IMG/VR virus record: IMGVR_UViG_3300031957_002087 | Coordinates: 1 to 54,486 of that record | Strand: one strand, 5' to 3' | Length of the DNA stretch: 54,486 nucleotides | Source: a virus | Lineage: Duplodnaviria > Caudoviricetes | Shown: in pieces, positions 16,553-26,666 of the stretch | Numbering within the stretch: the stretch's first letter is position 1 | Layout: each line of letters opens with the position of its first letter | Notes under the pieces: model-generated | Database searches by the model: none | Told to the model about the DNA's origin: nothing | The model's input: only the letters and a program-made list of their open reading frames with translations | Position numbers and translations under genes: made by a program

Positions 16553-17530
16553 GTGACTGAAGAGAACAAGGCCGCTGCATCCGCAGCCGCTGACGAACCC
16601 GCCGTGCCTGCAGCACAGCAGGTCGTACCTGAAGCCAAGGACGATTCCGAAATCTGGTCAGAGTTCCAGAGCGAGGAAGCCAAGGGCGATAAATCCGACA
16701 CTGAGCCGCCTACGGAGGCCGCCAGCGACGATGACGACGCCAATGGGTCCGACGACGCCACCAGCGAGAAGACCGCCCCAGCGACGGCCGACGAAGCCGC
16801 AGATGCCGCTTTGTCAGAGGCCCGCAAACTGGAACAGCGGATCAAGGACGAAGTATCCAGCCTAGACTCGACCAAGCCGCTCGGAAAATCGAGGGATCGA
16901 ATCCGTTCGGACCTGGGCCGTCTCGAAGCCCTACAGCGTAAGATCGCCGCCGCTGCTCAGAGCAAGTCGGACAGCGATGCGTCTAATGCCCGCGACGAGA
17001 TCGCCGGCATCAAGGACGATTACCCGGAGATCGCAGCCCCTCTCACCAAGGCGCTGGAGAAGATCGACGGGACACTCGACCGTCTGACCAAGGCCGAGCG
17101 GGCCAGCCTAGAGGCTGACCAGGCCGAACTGAAGCAGATCGTCGAGGTGCAGACCCAGACTCTCATCGAGAAGCATCCCGATTACGTCGATGTCCTCAAA
17201 GCGAACGGCCCCGCCTTCAGGGCATGGGTCGACGACCAGCCGCTGCGCATCCGCCAGGCCGCTGCTCGCAACGCCAACGACATCTACGACGGGCAGGGCG
17301 CCATCGAAGTGGTCGAGGGTTTCAAGAAACATCTCGGGCTGATCAAGGCACCGGAACCGGCGCCGCAGCCTCAAACCCCACCCAAGCTCGACGACAGGCG
17401 CAAACGCCAGCTCGACAGTTCCGCATCCCCCCAGCGGTCCGGCTCACGCCCGACCGTCTCCGGCATCCCTGAAGAGGGCGACCCGGAAGAGATATGGAAC
17501 GCTATCGCAGCAATGGAAGCACGCACCTGA
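16553..17530 (+). CDS. Capsid scaffolding protein
   Basis: GGAGG RBS; acidic disordered N-terminus, helical body, KHPDY motif; precedes MCP. Confidence 0.75.
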   Translation: MTEENKAAASAAADEPAVPAAQQVVPEAKDDSEIWSEFQSEEAKGDKSDTEPPTEAASDDDDANGSDDATSEKTAPATADEAADAALSEARKLEQRIKDEVSSLDSTKPLGKSRDRIRSDLGRLEALQRKIAAAAQSKSDSDASNARDEIAGIKDDYPEIAAPLTKALEKIDGTLDRLTKAERASLEADQAELKQIVEVQTQTLIEKHPDYVDVLKANGPAFRAWVDDQPLRIRQAAARNANDIYDGQGAIEVVEGFKKHLGLIKAPEPAPQPQTPPKLDDRRKRQLDSSASPQRSGSRPTVSGIPEEGDPEEIWNAIAAMEART

Positions 17531-17562
17531 CCGTCTGAGCGTCCAACGCAAGGACAACCACC

Positions 17563-18564
17563 ATGTCTGCCAACCTCTCGACCAGCCCTGGGATTTCCCA
17601 GCGCACCACCGTCTATGCCGAGCGCCAGATGCTCAAGCATGCCGGTCCGAGCCTGGTCCTCGAAAAGACCGGGCCACTGATCAAGCCGATGCCGAAGAAC
17701 AAGGGCGTGAACATCAAGTTCCGCCGCCCTGTCCCGTTCGCGGCCTCGACGATCCCGCTGCAGGAAGGCGTCACGCCGTCCTCGACCTCGTTCCGCTACG
17801 AAGACGTCAGCGGTGCGCTCTCCCAGTACGGCATGGTTGCCGAAGTCACCGACGTCATCGAGGATACCCACGAAGACCCGGTGCTCAACGACATCACCAT
17901 GATGCTCGGCGAGAACATCGGCCGCACCCAGGAGGCGCTGAACTACGCTGTCCTCAAGGGTGGCACCAATGCGTTTTTTGCCAACGGTTCGCAGCGCACC
18001 GACGTCAACACCCCCATCTCCCTGAGCAAGCAGCGCGCGGTCGTCCGTGCCCTCGAGGCGCAGAAGGCGATGAAGGTGACGAATGTGCTCGGCGGCTCGC
18101 CGGACTACGCCACCCGTCCCGTGGAAGCCGGCTACATCGCCGTCGGCCACACCGATCTGGACTCCGACATCCGCAACATGCCGGGCTTCGTGCCCTGCGC
18201 GGAATACGGCCAGCGGTCGGTGATCTCGCCCCATGAGATCGGCTCCGTCGAAACCGTCCGCTACATGCTGTCTGCCGATCTGGCAGCGATCGCGGATGCC
18301 GGTGGCGCCAAGGGTTCGATGGTCTCGACCTCGGGCACTTCGGCCGACGTCTACCCGGTCCTGTTCTTCGGCAAGGAAGCCTGGGGCATCGTGCCGCTGC
18401 GCGGTCAGGGCTCGGTTGCGCCCTCGATCATCCCGGTCGGACAGAAGACCAAGGACGATCCGCTCGGCCAGCGTGGCTACGCCGGTTACAAGTTCTGGCA
18501 TCTCGCCCTGATCTTGAACCAGCTTTGGATGGCCCGCTTGGAGTGTGCTTCGACCTCCCTGTAA
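17563..18564 (+). CDS. Major capsid protein (N4-gp56 family)
   Basis: PMPKNKG..IKFRR, PLQEGVTP, L.QYG, HEIGSV..VR, DVYPVL.FG..AWG, DPLGQRGY.G.K. Confidence 0.92.
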   Translation: MSANLSTSPGISQRTTVYAERQMLKHAGPSLVLEKTGPLIKPMPKNKGVNIKFRRPVPFAASTIPLQEGVTPSSTSFRYEDVSGALSQYGMVAEVTDVIEDTHEDPVLNDITMMLGENIGRTQEALNYAVLKGGTNAFFANGSQRTDVNTPISLSKQRAVVRALEAQKAMKVTNVLGGSPDYATRPVEAGYIAVGHTDLDSDIRNMPGFVPCAEYGQRSVISPHEIGSVETVRYMLSADLAAIADAGGAKGSMVSTSGTSADVYPVLFFGKEAWGIVPLRGQGSVAPSIIPVGQKTKDDPLGQRGYAGYKFWHLALILNQLWMARLECASTSL

Positions 18565-18643
18565 ACCAAGGCGCGCGACTGAATTAGCTGTGGTTTAGGA
18601 ACGTATTCCAGTGTAGGCTTCGGCTCAAACTGGAGGTCCCTTC

Positions 18644-19252
18644 ATGGCAAAATTCAGGGGTGCAGTGGTTTCCTGCAAGATATGCGGATCGGCATTCAAG
18701 GTTCCGCCGAGCCGCGCCCAAACCGCCGAGTTCTGTTCGATCAAGTGTGCGTCAGTTGGGCGGGGTGAGCGCATCCGAAAAAGGGTGACGCTTTCCTGCG
18801 CCAACTGCGGCACACCATTCGAGGTGCCGGTAAGCCACGCGGATCGTCGGGTCTATTGCAGCAGCAAGTGCAAACACGAGTCAGCCGACTATCTGTCCGC
18901 TCTCTCGGACCGCACGCGCGGCGACAATAACCCGATGTGGTCCGGCGGCTTTGTGGATCACTCTGAAGGCTACATTTATGCGTCGGCCCCAGATCATCCC
19001 TTTGCCTCGAATGGATACGTCCTGGCTCATCGCCTCGTCATGGAGCGATGGCTTCGTAGGACCGACCCGTCTTCCCCATTCCTGATCAGGTTGGGCGGCG
19101 GGCTGTATCTGTCCCCGGAGTTCGTCGTCCATCACAAGGACGAGACCAAGCGAAACAACGAGATCGGCAACTTGGAATGCCTAACCCCGGCCGAGCACAC
19201 CAGGCTGCATAGCCTCGCTCGGCACAATCAAGCGAAAGGAATGTTCCCATGA
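18644..19252 (+). CDS. HNH endonuclease with N-terminal Cys zinc-finger repeats
   Basis: CKICG..F...FCS.KC twice; HP.A..GYVLAHRLVME; VVHHKDE.KRNN...NLE. Confidence 0.88.
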   Translation: MAKFRGAVVSCKICGSAFKVPPSRAQTAEFCSIKCASVGRGERIRKRVTLSCANCGTPFEVPVSHADRRVYCSSKCKHESADYLSALSDRTRGDNNPMWSGGFVDHSEGYIYASAPDHPFASNGYVLAHRLVMERWLRRTDPSSPFLIRLGGGLYLSPEFVVHHKDETKRNNEIGNLECLTPAEHTRLHSLARHNQAKGMFP

Positions 19253-19803
19253 AGGGATCTCCAGTAATCGGGTCGCACGTCGGTAACGGCGCGGCCATCA
19301 ACGTCGAACTCGGCTTCGTGCCCGAGATGGTGGAGTTCTACAACGCCACCGACGGCACGCCCTATGTCGTCGCCTTCCTCGGTTGGGTTGTCCCGTTCTC
19401 TTCGGGCGGCACCACCGAGATCACGGCCGGGGCGAAGATCAAGGGCGCCACGTCCGGCGCCTATGCCATCGTGAAGGAAGTGCTGGTCTCTTCCGGCACC
19501 TGGGCAGGCGGCGATGCTGCCGGCTTCTTCACGCTGGTCGAAGGCTCGCTCGTCGGCACGTTCCAGTCGGAAAACGTCTACATCGACAACGATGCGACGT
19601 CCGGCACCAACGACGCAACCGTGACCGCCAACGTGGTGCATAACTGCGCCATCACGACGGCTGCGGCTTCGGCAACCGGCACTTCGGCCATCTCGCGCTA
19701 TGAAGGCGTGGCTGGCTCCAACAAGGCCGGCTTCACCATCGGGTCGGCACTCGCCGTCGAGGCCAAACTGCTGCGGTATCGAGCTCACCGCGGCGACGCA
19801 TAA
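19249..19803 (+). CDS. Virion structural/decoration protein
   Basis: GNGAAINVELGFVP; follows MCP; strongly biased codons. Confidence 0.65.
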   Translation: MKGSPVIGSHVGNGAAINVELGFVPEMVEFYNATDGTPYVVAFLGWVVPFSSGGTTEITAGAKIKGATSGAYAIVKEVLVSSGTWAGGDAAGFFTLVEGSLVGTFQSENVYIDNDATSGTNDATVTANVVHNCAITTAAASATGTSAISRYEGVAGSNKAGFTIGSALAVEAKLLRYRAHRGDA

Positions 19804-19818
19804 AGGAGGGTCTGACCA

Positions 19819-20622
19819 ATGACCATCCTGCGCACACAGGCCAAGCAGGCCATTCAGCGAGTTCGCAACGGGTCCCTCAAGGACCTGGGCGAAGTGCTGA
19901 CGGCCATCGTCGATGGTGACATGCTCGCGGAACTCGATCTGATCGACATCCGCGCGCGCAGCACCATGTTCGACGACTTCCTTGCCGCCGGTATCGATGG
20001 CCGTTGGTCGTCGACTGCCGGTTCCGGCACGTCCAACGCGGCGGCGACTACGGTTGCCGGCGCGCTCAATGGCGCCATTACGCTGAAGTCGGCTTCCGAC
20101 GATGGCACCCATGCCGCCAACTTCTCCACGCTCACGACCGATCAGCTCAACTACCTTGCTTCGCAGGGCGGGCTGACGATCGAGGCGCGGTGCAAGATCA
20201 GTGACGTGTCTGAAGCCTACTTCTTCGTTGGCTTCACCGACACGATCTCGACCACCGTTGAGGGCCCGATCTTCATGAACGCCGCCGCCATCGACAGCGA
20301 TGCGACGGACGCATGTGGCGTGGTCTACGACATCGATGCCACGACCGACGTGTTCACGGTTGGCGGCGTCAAGAATGGCACGGACACCGATCCGCAACTG
20401 TCCTCGATCACTCCGGTCGACGATACGTGGTTCACGGTCCGCGTCGAAGTCTCGGCCGCCGGCGCGGTGCAGGGCTTCATCAACAATGCGCCCATCGGCG
20501 ATCCTGTCGCCAATGCCGTGACCACCTCGGTTGCGCTGACCCCGGCTGTCTTCATCGGCAACCGCTCGGCCAACCAGGTCACGCTGACCGTCGACTACAT
20601 CATGGTCAAGGGCAACCGCTAA
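19819..20622 (+). CDS. Virion structural protein, beta-sandwich/lectin-like
   Basis: AAGGAGG RBS; FDDF...; ends VDYIMV...R. Confidence 0.65.
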   Translation: MTILRTQAKQAIQRVRNGSLKDLGEVLTAIVDGDMLAELDLIDIRARSTMFDDFLAAGIDGRWSSTAGSGTSNAAATTVAGALNGAITLKSASDDGTHAANFSTLTTDQLNYLASQGGLTIEARCKISDVSEAYFFVGFTDTISTTVEGPIFMNAAAIDSDATDACGVVYDIDATTDVFTVGGVKNGTDTDPQLSSITPVDDTWFTVRVEVSAAGAVQGFINNAPIGDPVANAVTTSVALTPAVFIGNRSANQVTLTVDYIMVKGNR

Positions 20623-20629
20623 GACCTGA

Positions 20630-20658
20630 CCGGGCGGGGGAAACCTCGCCCGGCTTTC
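20630..20658 (+). terminator. Hairpin terminator after head genes
   Basis: CCGGGCGGGG-GAAA-CCTCGCCCGG followed by CTTTCC. Confidence 0.5.
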
Positions 20659-20680
20659 CTCGTTCCGAAAGGACACCACC

Positions 20681-20839
20681 ATGGCAAAGCCGATCAAGAT
20701 CAAGATCAAAGGCAAGGGCCTCCTGACCATCTGCGTCGAGGGCGCTATTCGCCGGCTGGAAATGGGCAAGGCCATCACGGTCACGAAGGCCGAGAAGGCA
20801 TTCCTCGACTATTCCGGCGTGGCCTACTCCAAAGCCTGA
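20681..20839 (+). CDS. 52-aa basic hypothetical protein
   Basis: AAAGGA RBS; MAKPIKIKIKGKGLLTICVEGAIRRLEMGKAITV... Confidence 0.65.
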   Translation: MAKPIKIKIKGKGLLTICVEGAIRRLEMGKAITVTKAEKAFLDYSGVAYSKA

Positions 20840-20862
20840 CCACAACCCACCAAGGACAATTC

Positions 20863-21096
20863 ATGACGATCGACCGTTCGTTCATCGAGAGCGAGCTTGC
20901 CTCCGTGCGCGCACAGCAGCAGCAGGCAGCCGCGATCATCCAGCAGATGCTCGGCGCCGAGAAGACGCTGATGGGCCTGCTCGACCAGCTAGACCGCGAG
21001 ATCGACGAGGCCAAGCAAGCCGACGACCATCTGCAGGCGCTCGCCCAGGCGAACCTCAGCCGCAAACCCAAACCCTCCAAGGGAGAACCCAAGTGA
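20863..21096 (+). CDS. Coiled-coil hypothetical protein
   Basis: AAGGA RBS, biased codons. Confidence 0.7.
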   Translation: MTIDRSFIESELASVRAQQQQAAAIIQQMLGAEKTLMGLLDQLDREIDEAKQADDHLQALAQANLSRKPKPSKGEPK

Positions 21097-21554
21097 AGCA
21101 GATCAACATCCTCGACGCGACGGCAACCCAGCTTGCCGAGTTCGCCAACAAGAACCTCGGCATCGAGGTCCGTCACACCATGGGCAAGGCGCACATCATG
21201 GCCGCCATGCAAACGACCGGCTACGACAAGACCTACATCCTGGTCGACGACGATGAGCCGACGGTCGATCCCAATGCCCGCGTTGCCGCGCCGGAGCCGG
21301 TTGCAGAGCGCAAGATGGTGACGATCCGCATTCCCTCGCAGCCCAACACCCCGGGCGGCAAGGAGCCGGTTCCCGTCGGCGTCAACGGCAAGGTCTACCT
21401 GATCCAGCGCAACATGGACGTGCCCGTGCCGATCGAGGTGCTGAAGGTTCTGGAGAACGCCAAGCAGACGGAATACGACCAGGGCCCGAACGGCGAGCCG
21501 ATCAACCCGCGTGAGGTGTCGGCCTTCCCGTTCTCCGTCATGGGCCACGCCTGA
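21093..21554 (+). CDS. Conserved phage protein (head completion region)
   Basis: PVPVGVNGKVYLIQR...V.VP.EVL.VLENA motif. Confidence 0.75.
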   Translation: MKQINILDATATQLAEFANKNLGIEVRHTMGKAHIMAAMQTTGYDKTYILVDDDEPTVDPNARVAAPEPVAERKMVTIRIPSQPNTPGGKEPVPVGVNGKVYLIQRNMDVPVPIEVLKVLENAKQTEYDQGPNGEPINPREVSAFPFSVMGHA

Positions 21555-21557
21555 TCC

Positions 21558-22277
21558 ATGGCGACCTTCCTCGCCCTGGTGCAGAAGGTGGCCCGTGAAG
21601 CGGGCACACTGGACAGCGCCTCCATCACGACCGTTGCCGGCCAGACCGGCATGAAGGGCAAGATGGTCGGCTGGGTGCAGGATGCGTGGCGATCCATCCA
21701 GAACGCGCACAGTTCATGGCTCTGGCAGCAGGCCGAGTTCTACGGCAACACGGTCGCCTCGACCCAGCGATATGCCTACACGTCGTTCAACGACTTTGCG
21801 ACGTCGGCGACCATCACCCGCTTTGCAGACTGGATCGTCGACCGGGAAGGCCCCGACAGCGGCATCTCGCTCCATGATCCTGCAGTCGGTGTCGCCGACG
21901 AGGGGCCGCTTCGCTATGTCGGGTGGGACCTGTTCTACAAGACGCAGTTGCGCGGCACGCAGACCGAGGACAAGCCCTCGATGTTCACCATCGCGCCGGA
22001 CAGCAAGCTTGTTTTCTCCCGCACCCCGGATGCGGTCTATACGATCCGCGGCCGCTACCGGAAGGACGAGCAGACCCTATCGGCCGACGGCGATATTCCC
22101 GAATGTCCGGCCCGCTTCCACGATGCCATTGTCGATGCGGCCCTGATGCTGCTCGGCACCCATGACGAGGCGGCACCTCAGATCCCGCTCTGGCAGATGC
22201 GCAAGTCGCGCAACTTCTGCGATCTGGAACGGGACCAGTTGCCGCGCGTGTCCTTCTCCGCATCCCCATTGGCCTGA
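21558..22277 (+). CDS. Head-tail adaptor protein
   Basis: MATFLALVQ...W.W...PDAVYTI...L..DGD.P..P.RFHDAIV. Confidence 0.75.
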   Translation: MATFLALVQKVAREAGTLDSASITTVAGQTGMKGKMVGWVQDAWRSIQNAHSSWLWQQAEFYGNTVASTQRYAYTSFNDFATSATITRFADWIVDREGPDSGISLHDPAVGVADEGPLRYVGWDLFYKTQLRGTQTEDKPSMFTIAPDSKLVFSRTPDAVYTIRGRYRKDEQTLSADGDIPECPARFHDAIVDAALMLLGTHDEAAPQIPLWQMRKSRNFCDLERDQLPRVSFSASPLA

Positions 22278-22280
22278 CCG

Positions 22281-24149
22281 ATGTCGCAGTCGACCTCGAC
22301 ATTCCTGCTTCGCGGCGGGCTCAATCTCGTCACGCCGCCGCTCGCCATCCCGCCCGGCATGGCCATTGCGTCGATCAATTATTCGCCCGATGTAGCAGGC
22401 TATACCCGTCTTGGTGGCTACGAGCGGTTCGATGGCCTGCCGCGTCCGTCCGACAGCGACGTCACCGCGACCATAGCAAGCCGCAGGGCGGCGATCTCGA
22501 CTGTTCCTGGCACCGGCCCGGTGCGCGGCGTCACGGTCTTTGACGGCTATGTCTACGCCTTCCGCGACCACGCAGACGGCGACAGCCGTATGTACCGGAG
22601 CTCGGCCACCGGGTGGGAGAGGATGACCTTCGGGTCGGAAATCACGTTCACCGCCGGAACCGCGGAATTTGTCGAGGGCGAGATTCTGGTTGGCGGCACC
22701 TCGGGCGCGACCGCCACCATCAAGCGCGTGGTCTTGAGGACCGGGGCGTGGTCGGGAACGGCGACCGGCTATCTCGTCCTTTCGGGCGTGGTTGGCACGT
22801 TTCAGGCGGAAACCGTCACCAGTTCGTCGGGATCGGCAACCATCGCGGGCGATGCCACCGCCATCACGCTTGCGACCGGCGGCGTCTACGACTTCACGAC
22901 CCACAATTTCTACGGCGCGGGCAAGCGGCCCCGCCTCTACGGCAGCAACGGTCAGGGCTTCGCCTTTGAATGGGACGGAGAGGTTCTGGCGCCGATCCGC
23001 ACCGGCACGGCTGCCGGCGTGCTGGAAGGGGAATCCTTCCTGCTTGCCGCCAATGGCGACTTCCTGCTTGCCGCCAATGGCGACTCCATCATCCTGCGCT
23101 TCGACTTCGACCGGCCGCAATTCGTCAGCCATTACAAGAACCATCTGTTTCTCGCCTATTCGTCCGGCTCCATAATCTTCTCCAGTATCGGCGAGCCGCT
23201 GGAATACATCACCACGACCGGGGCAGGCGAAGTCTCCTTCGGCGAGGCGGTTACGGGTCTTTTGACCGCGGCCTCCACCTCGATCGTGATCTTCGGCCAG
23301 AACCGCATCGAATATGTGACGGGCAACGATTCATCCGATTTCGTGATGAGTCCCATATCGGACGGTTCTGGCGCGGTGGCCTACAGCGCGCAGATGCTGA
23401 ACCGGCCCATTTTCCTCGACGATGGCGGCTTGCGGGATCTGGGAACGACCGCGGCCTTCGGCGACTGGCGGGCGGGCTCGTTAAGCCAGGCTATCGAGCC
23501 GCTGATGCGCGCCAAGCGCGATGCTGGCGCGACTGTGGCGGCTTCGGTGCTTATCCGCGCCAAGGATCAATATCGGCTGTTCTGGAACGATGGCACGGGC
23601 ATCACGCTCTACGTCGGCCGCAAGCAGCCGGAGAGCATGCCATTCAATTTGCCCATCGTCCCGTTCTGCGCCTGTTACGGCGAGGTCACGCAGGGCGCGG
23701 GAGACCGCCTGTTTGTGGGCGCAGAGGATGGCTACGTCTATGAGCTGGAACGCGGGCTGTCCTTCGACGGGGAAGCCATCGAAGCCTATGTGCGGCTGCC
23801 GTTCAACTCGATCGGTTCGCCGACGCAGCGCAAGCGGTTTTCCAAGTTCACGGCAGGCGTCGACAGCGAGGACGCCATCACCCTCGGCGTCAAGTTCGAC
23901 ATCGACTATGCGGTCGGAACGGGCGGTGCCCAAGTCGACAAGTCGGTCGCGGCAGGCACGGCAACGGTCAGTACCGGAAACTATGACGAGATCACCTGGT
24001 CAAGCCCAGTGCAGGGCACGCTCGAGGAACACATCGCGGGCATCGGACGGAACTGCGCCGTGACGCTGATTTCCGATGCCGCCGACAAGCGCGTCCACAC
24101 GCTGCAGTCGGCGTCGTTCAACTTCTCCCCGCGAAACCTCATTCGGTAG
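22281..24149 (+). CDS. Tail nozzle / DNA stabilisation protein
   Basis: GGLNLVTP N-terminus, GY.R..GYERFDG, beta-propeller-like repeats; follows adaptor. Confidence 0.75.
   Translation: MSQSTSTFLLRGGLNLVTPPLAIPPGMAIASINYSPDVAGYTRLGGYERFDGLPRPSDSDVTATIASRRAAISTVPGTGPVRGVTVFDGYVYAFRDHADGDSRMYRSSATGWERMTFGSEITFTAGTAEFVEGEILVGGTSGATATIKRVVLRTGAWSGTATGYLVLSGVVGTFQAETVTSSSGSATIAGDATAITLATGGVYDFTTHNFYGAGKRPRLYGSNGQGFAFEWDGEVLAPIRTGTAAGVLEGESFLLAANGDFLLAANGDSIILRFDFDRPQFVSHYKNHLFLAYSSGSIIFSSIGEPLEYITTTGAGEVSFGEAVTGLLTAASTSIVIFGQNRIEYVTGNDSSDFVMSPISDGSGAVAYSAQMLNRPIFLDDGGLRDLGTTAAFGDWRAGSLSQAIEPLMRAKRDAGATVAASVLIRAKDQYRLFWNDGTGITLYVGRKQPESMPFNLPIVPFCACYGEVTQGAGDRLFVGAEDGYVYELERGLSFDGEAIEAYVRLPFNSIGSPTQRKRFSKFTAGVDSEDAITLGVKFDIDYAVGTGGAQVDKSVAAGTATVSTGNYDEITWSSPVQGTLEEHIAGIGRNCAVTLISDAADKRVHTLQSASFNFSPRNLIR
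23037..23084 (+). repeat. Perfect 24-nt tandem duplication (FLLAANGD x2)
   Basis: TTCCTGCTTGCCGCCAATGGCGAC twice. Confidence 0.9.
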
Positions 24150-24158
24150 GGATCCCAC

Positions 24159-25526
24159 ATGGCCAACCAGTACATCAACGCGATAACGGACCTGTGGAAC
24201 AACGCAGGCACGACGTTCTACGGCATCAAGCTCAACGTCACCAACACGGCTTCGGCGGCAGCCTCGCGGCTCCTTGCGCTGCAGGTCGCCGGCTCGAACA
24301 AGTTCACGGTGGACAAGGATGGCAATGTCGTCGCAGCCGGGTCGCTTACGCTTACTGGCGCCTTCGTTCTGGGATCGAACGATGCTGGTGCGCTCGGCGC
24401 ATCCGGCACGGCATGGTCGGACCTGTTCCTCGCGTCCGGCGGCGTCATCAACTGGGCTGCCGGCGACGTCACCATCACGCATTCGACCAACGCATTGGCC
24501 TTTGCCGGGGCCGCCAGCGGCTATTCCTTCGATGCCGTGGTGCAACCCGCCGCCAATGACGGCGCGGCGCTTGGCGCGGCTGCTACGTCGTGGAGCGACT
24601 TGTTCCTTGCCTCCGGGGGCGTGATCAACTTTGCCAACGGCAACTGGGTAGCCACCCACACCAGCGGCATCCTGACGGTCGGAACCGGAGATCTGCGCGT
24701 CACGACGGCAGGAACCGACGCGACAAGCGTGGCCACGGTCGGCGGAACACAGACGCTCACCAACAAGACGCTGACCAGCCCGACGATTACCGCGCCGACG
24801 CTCTCGACCTCGGTTCTGCTGACCGGCGTCATTACCCCGGCACAGATCACGGCTGACCAGAACGACTATGCCCCGACCGGATTTGCGACCGCTTCGGTGC
24901 TGCGGCTCGATACCGATGCCTTCAGGAACATCACGGGCATTGCGGGCGGCGCAGCCGGGCGAATTATCATCATCCAGAACATTGGTTCAAATATTCTCGC
25001 CTTCTCTAACGACGATTCTGGATCAACCGCAGCCAATCGGTTCTATGTCCCGAGTGGTACCGGCTTCCACCTTGAGCAGTACGGGACAGCGATGTTCTAC
25101 TATGACGGGACGTTTTCCCGGTGGGTGCTGGTCAGCATCTCGCGGTCATTGGCTTCGCAATCGGTCATGGAAGCCGCAACCAGCTACTATAATTTCGTCA
25201 CGCCGCAGAACCAGCACTATCACCCCGGCCATCCTAAATGCTGGGGGCAGACGACCGGCGCGGGAACACCCACCCTTCAGACTTCCTACAACGTGACATC
25301 GATCACCGACACGGCAACCGGGCGCCTGACCGTGACGATTGCGACGGACTTCTCGTCGGCCCATTGGGCAGGCGTGGCGTCGGCCAATTGCGCCACCAAT
25401 GCAAACCGGATGTGTTCGCTCGTCTCCAAGGCTGCGGGCACGGTCATCCTCGAATCCTCATCCGCCGCAACCACCCTCTCTGATCCCGGTGTCGGCTGGG
25501 ATTGGGCATTCTTCGGAGATCAATAA
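24159..25526 (+). CDS. Tail fibre protein
   Basis: Thr/Ala/Gly-rich; duplicated ND..ALG.....WSDLFLASGGVIN; TQTLTNKTLTSP; SYNVTSITD..TG C-terminus. Confidence 0.8.
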   Translation: MANQYINAITDLWNNAGTTFYGIKLNVTNTASAAASRLLALQVAGSNKFTVDKDGNVVAAGSLTLTGAFVLGSNDAGALGASGTAWSDLFLASGGVINWAAGDVTITHSTNALAFAGAASGYSFDAVVQPAANDGAALGAAATSWSDLFLASGGVINFANGNWVATHTSGILTVGTGDLRVTTAGTDATSVATVGGTQTLTNKTLTSPTITAPTLSTSVLLTGVITPAQITADQNDYAPTGFATASVLRLDTDAFRNITGIAGGAAGRIIIIQNIGSNILAFSNDDSGSTAANRFYVPSGTGFHLEQYGTAMFYYDGTFSRWVLVSISRSLASQSVMEAATSYYNFVTPQNQHYHPGHPKCWGQTTGAGTPTLQTSYNVTSITDTATGRLTVTIATDFSSAHWAGVASANCATNANRMCSLVSKAAGTVILESSSAATTLSDPGVGWDWAFFGDQ

Positions 25527-26083
25527 TGGACAAGCGCATGACCAAGCAGGAAGAACGCGCACTCTACGCGGGAACCATCAAGGGCAAGCCGGAAACGGTC
25601 TTCGTCGCCATCACCTGCCAGGATGGCTCGGTTGCCATCATGCAGTTCGTCACCAAGCAGCAGCGAACGCTTGTCAAAGACGATGCGGGCAACTTCATCG
25701 ATCCGGGCTGGACCCGCGAGGCATCGGCGGAAAACATCAACGCCGAAATCGCCAAGTCGAACATCAATGCAGTGTCGTGGGAGATCATCAATCCCGCAGA
25801 CGTGCCGACTGATCGGACATTCCGCAACGCATGGAAACTGGCGGGCAAGAAGCTCGACGTTGACATGGACAAGGCGCGGGAGATGACGAAGGAACGGCTC
25901 AGGGCCGAACGGGCACCGCTCCTTGCGGCTCAGGATGCCGAGTTCATGAAGGCGGTGGAAGCCGGCGACAAGACCCGCATGGACAGGATCGCGGCTGAAA
26001 AGCAGAAGTTGCGCGACATTACCGCTTCGCCTGCACTGGCTGCGGCGAAGACGCCGGATGATCTGAAGGCAATTACCGTCTGA
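25526..26083 (+). CDS. Tail fibre assembly chaperone-like protein
   Basis: DVPTDRTFRNAW...DMDKAR...LRAERAPLL...D...KQKLRDIT. Confidence 0.75.
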   Translation: MDKRMTKQEERALYAGTIKGKPETVFVAITCQDGSVAIMQFVTKQQRTLVKDDAGNFIDPGWTREASAENINAEIAKSNINAVSWEIINPADVPTDRTFRNAWKLAGKKLDVDMDKAREMTKERLRAERAPLLAAQDAEFMKAVEAGDKTRMDRIAAEKQKLRDITASPALAAAKTPDDLKAITV

Positions 26084-26666
26084 TGCAGAACTGGTTGTCG
26101 GGGCCCGCCGCGACGAACTGAAACTCCGTTTTCTTGACGAACTCGTTCACCGCCCGAAAGACACCATGATGCGGGTGTGCGGGGTCAGCTTCCCAATCAT
26201 CTCCACATATCAGGCCATCGGGCGCGAGGATCGATGCGATCAGGTCGAGTTGCAGCACCGTGTCGTCATAGGTGTGCGACGTGTCGAGATAGGCCATGTC
26301 GAGTGGCTTCCCGGTGTAGCCCCGGCAGAAGTCTTCTAGCGTCTGCTCTACGAGTTTGACGGCAGGATAGCGGGCAACTCTGGCGCGCGTTTCCTCCATC
26401 GCCTCCTTGGTCGTCAGCGTGTTGTTGCGGGTCAGTTTCATGGAGTGAGGATGGTCGCCCCACTCGAACACCGTCGCGCCGGTCGTCCACGGATCGACAA
26501 GATAGAGGGTTTCGGGGGCAAGCACGCGGGCGATGACTTCGGAGAAGTGGCCCCGGAAAACACCGAACTCCGCGCAGGTTCCGCCGACCTTGGCGTGTTC
26601 AAGTATCCACGCACGGCGGAACGTCTTCTGGACCTCGTATAGCGGGTAGTCGTCAAGCATCGTCAT
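26073..26666 (-). CDS. Class I SAM-dependent methyltransferase (Methyltransf_24-like)
   Basis: AEFGVFRG.FS, LYLVDPW, LDMAYLDTSHTY, GLICGDDW; GGAGG RBS. Confidence 0.85.
   Translation of the reverse strand: MTMLDDYPLYEVQKTFRRAWILEHAKVGGTCAEFGVFRGHFSEVIARVLAPETLYLVDPWTTGATVFEWGDHPHSMKLTRNNTLTTKEAMEETRARVARYPAVKLVEQTLEDFCRGYTGKPLDMAYLDTSHTYDDTVLQLDLIASILAPDGLICGDDWEADPAHPHHGVFRAVNEFVKKTEFQFVAAGPDNQFCIRR

Noticed and set aside
10236-25526. Diversity-generating retroelement or invertible fibre switch
   Set aside because: No reverse transcriptase or invertase gene; the duplicated fibre segments are diverged at all bases, not adenine-specific
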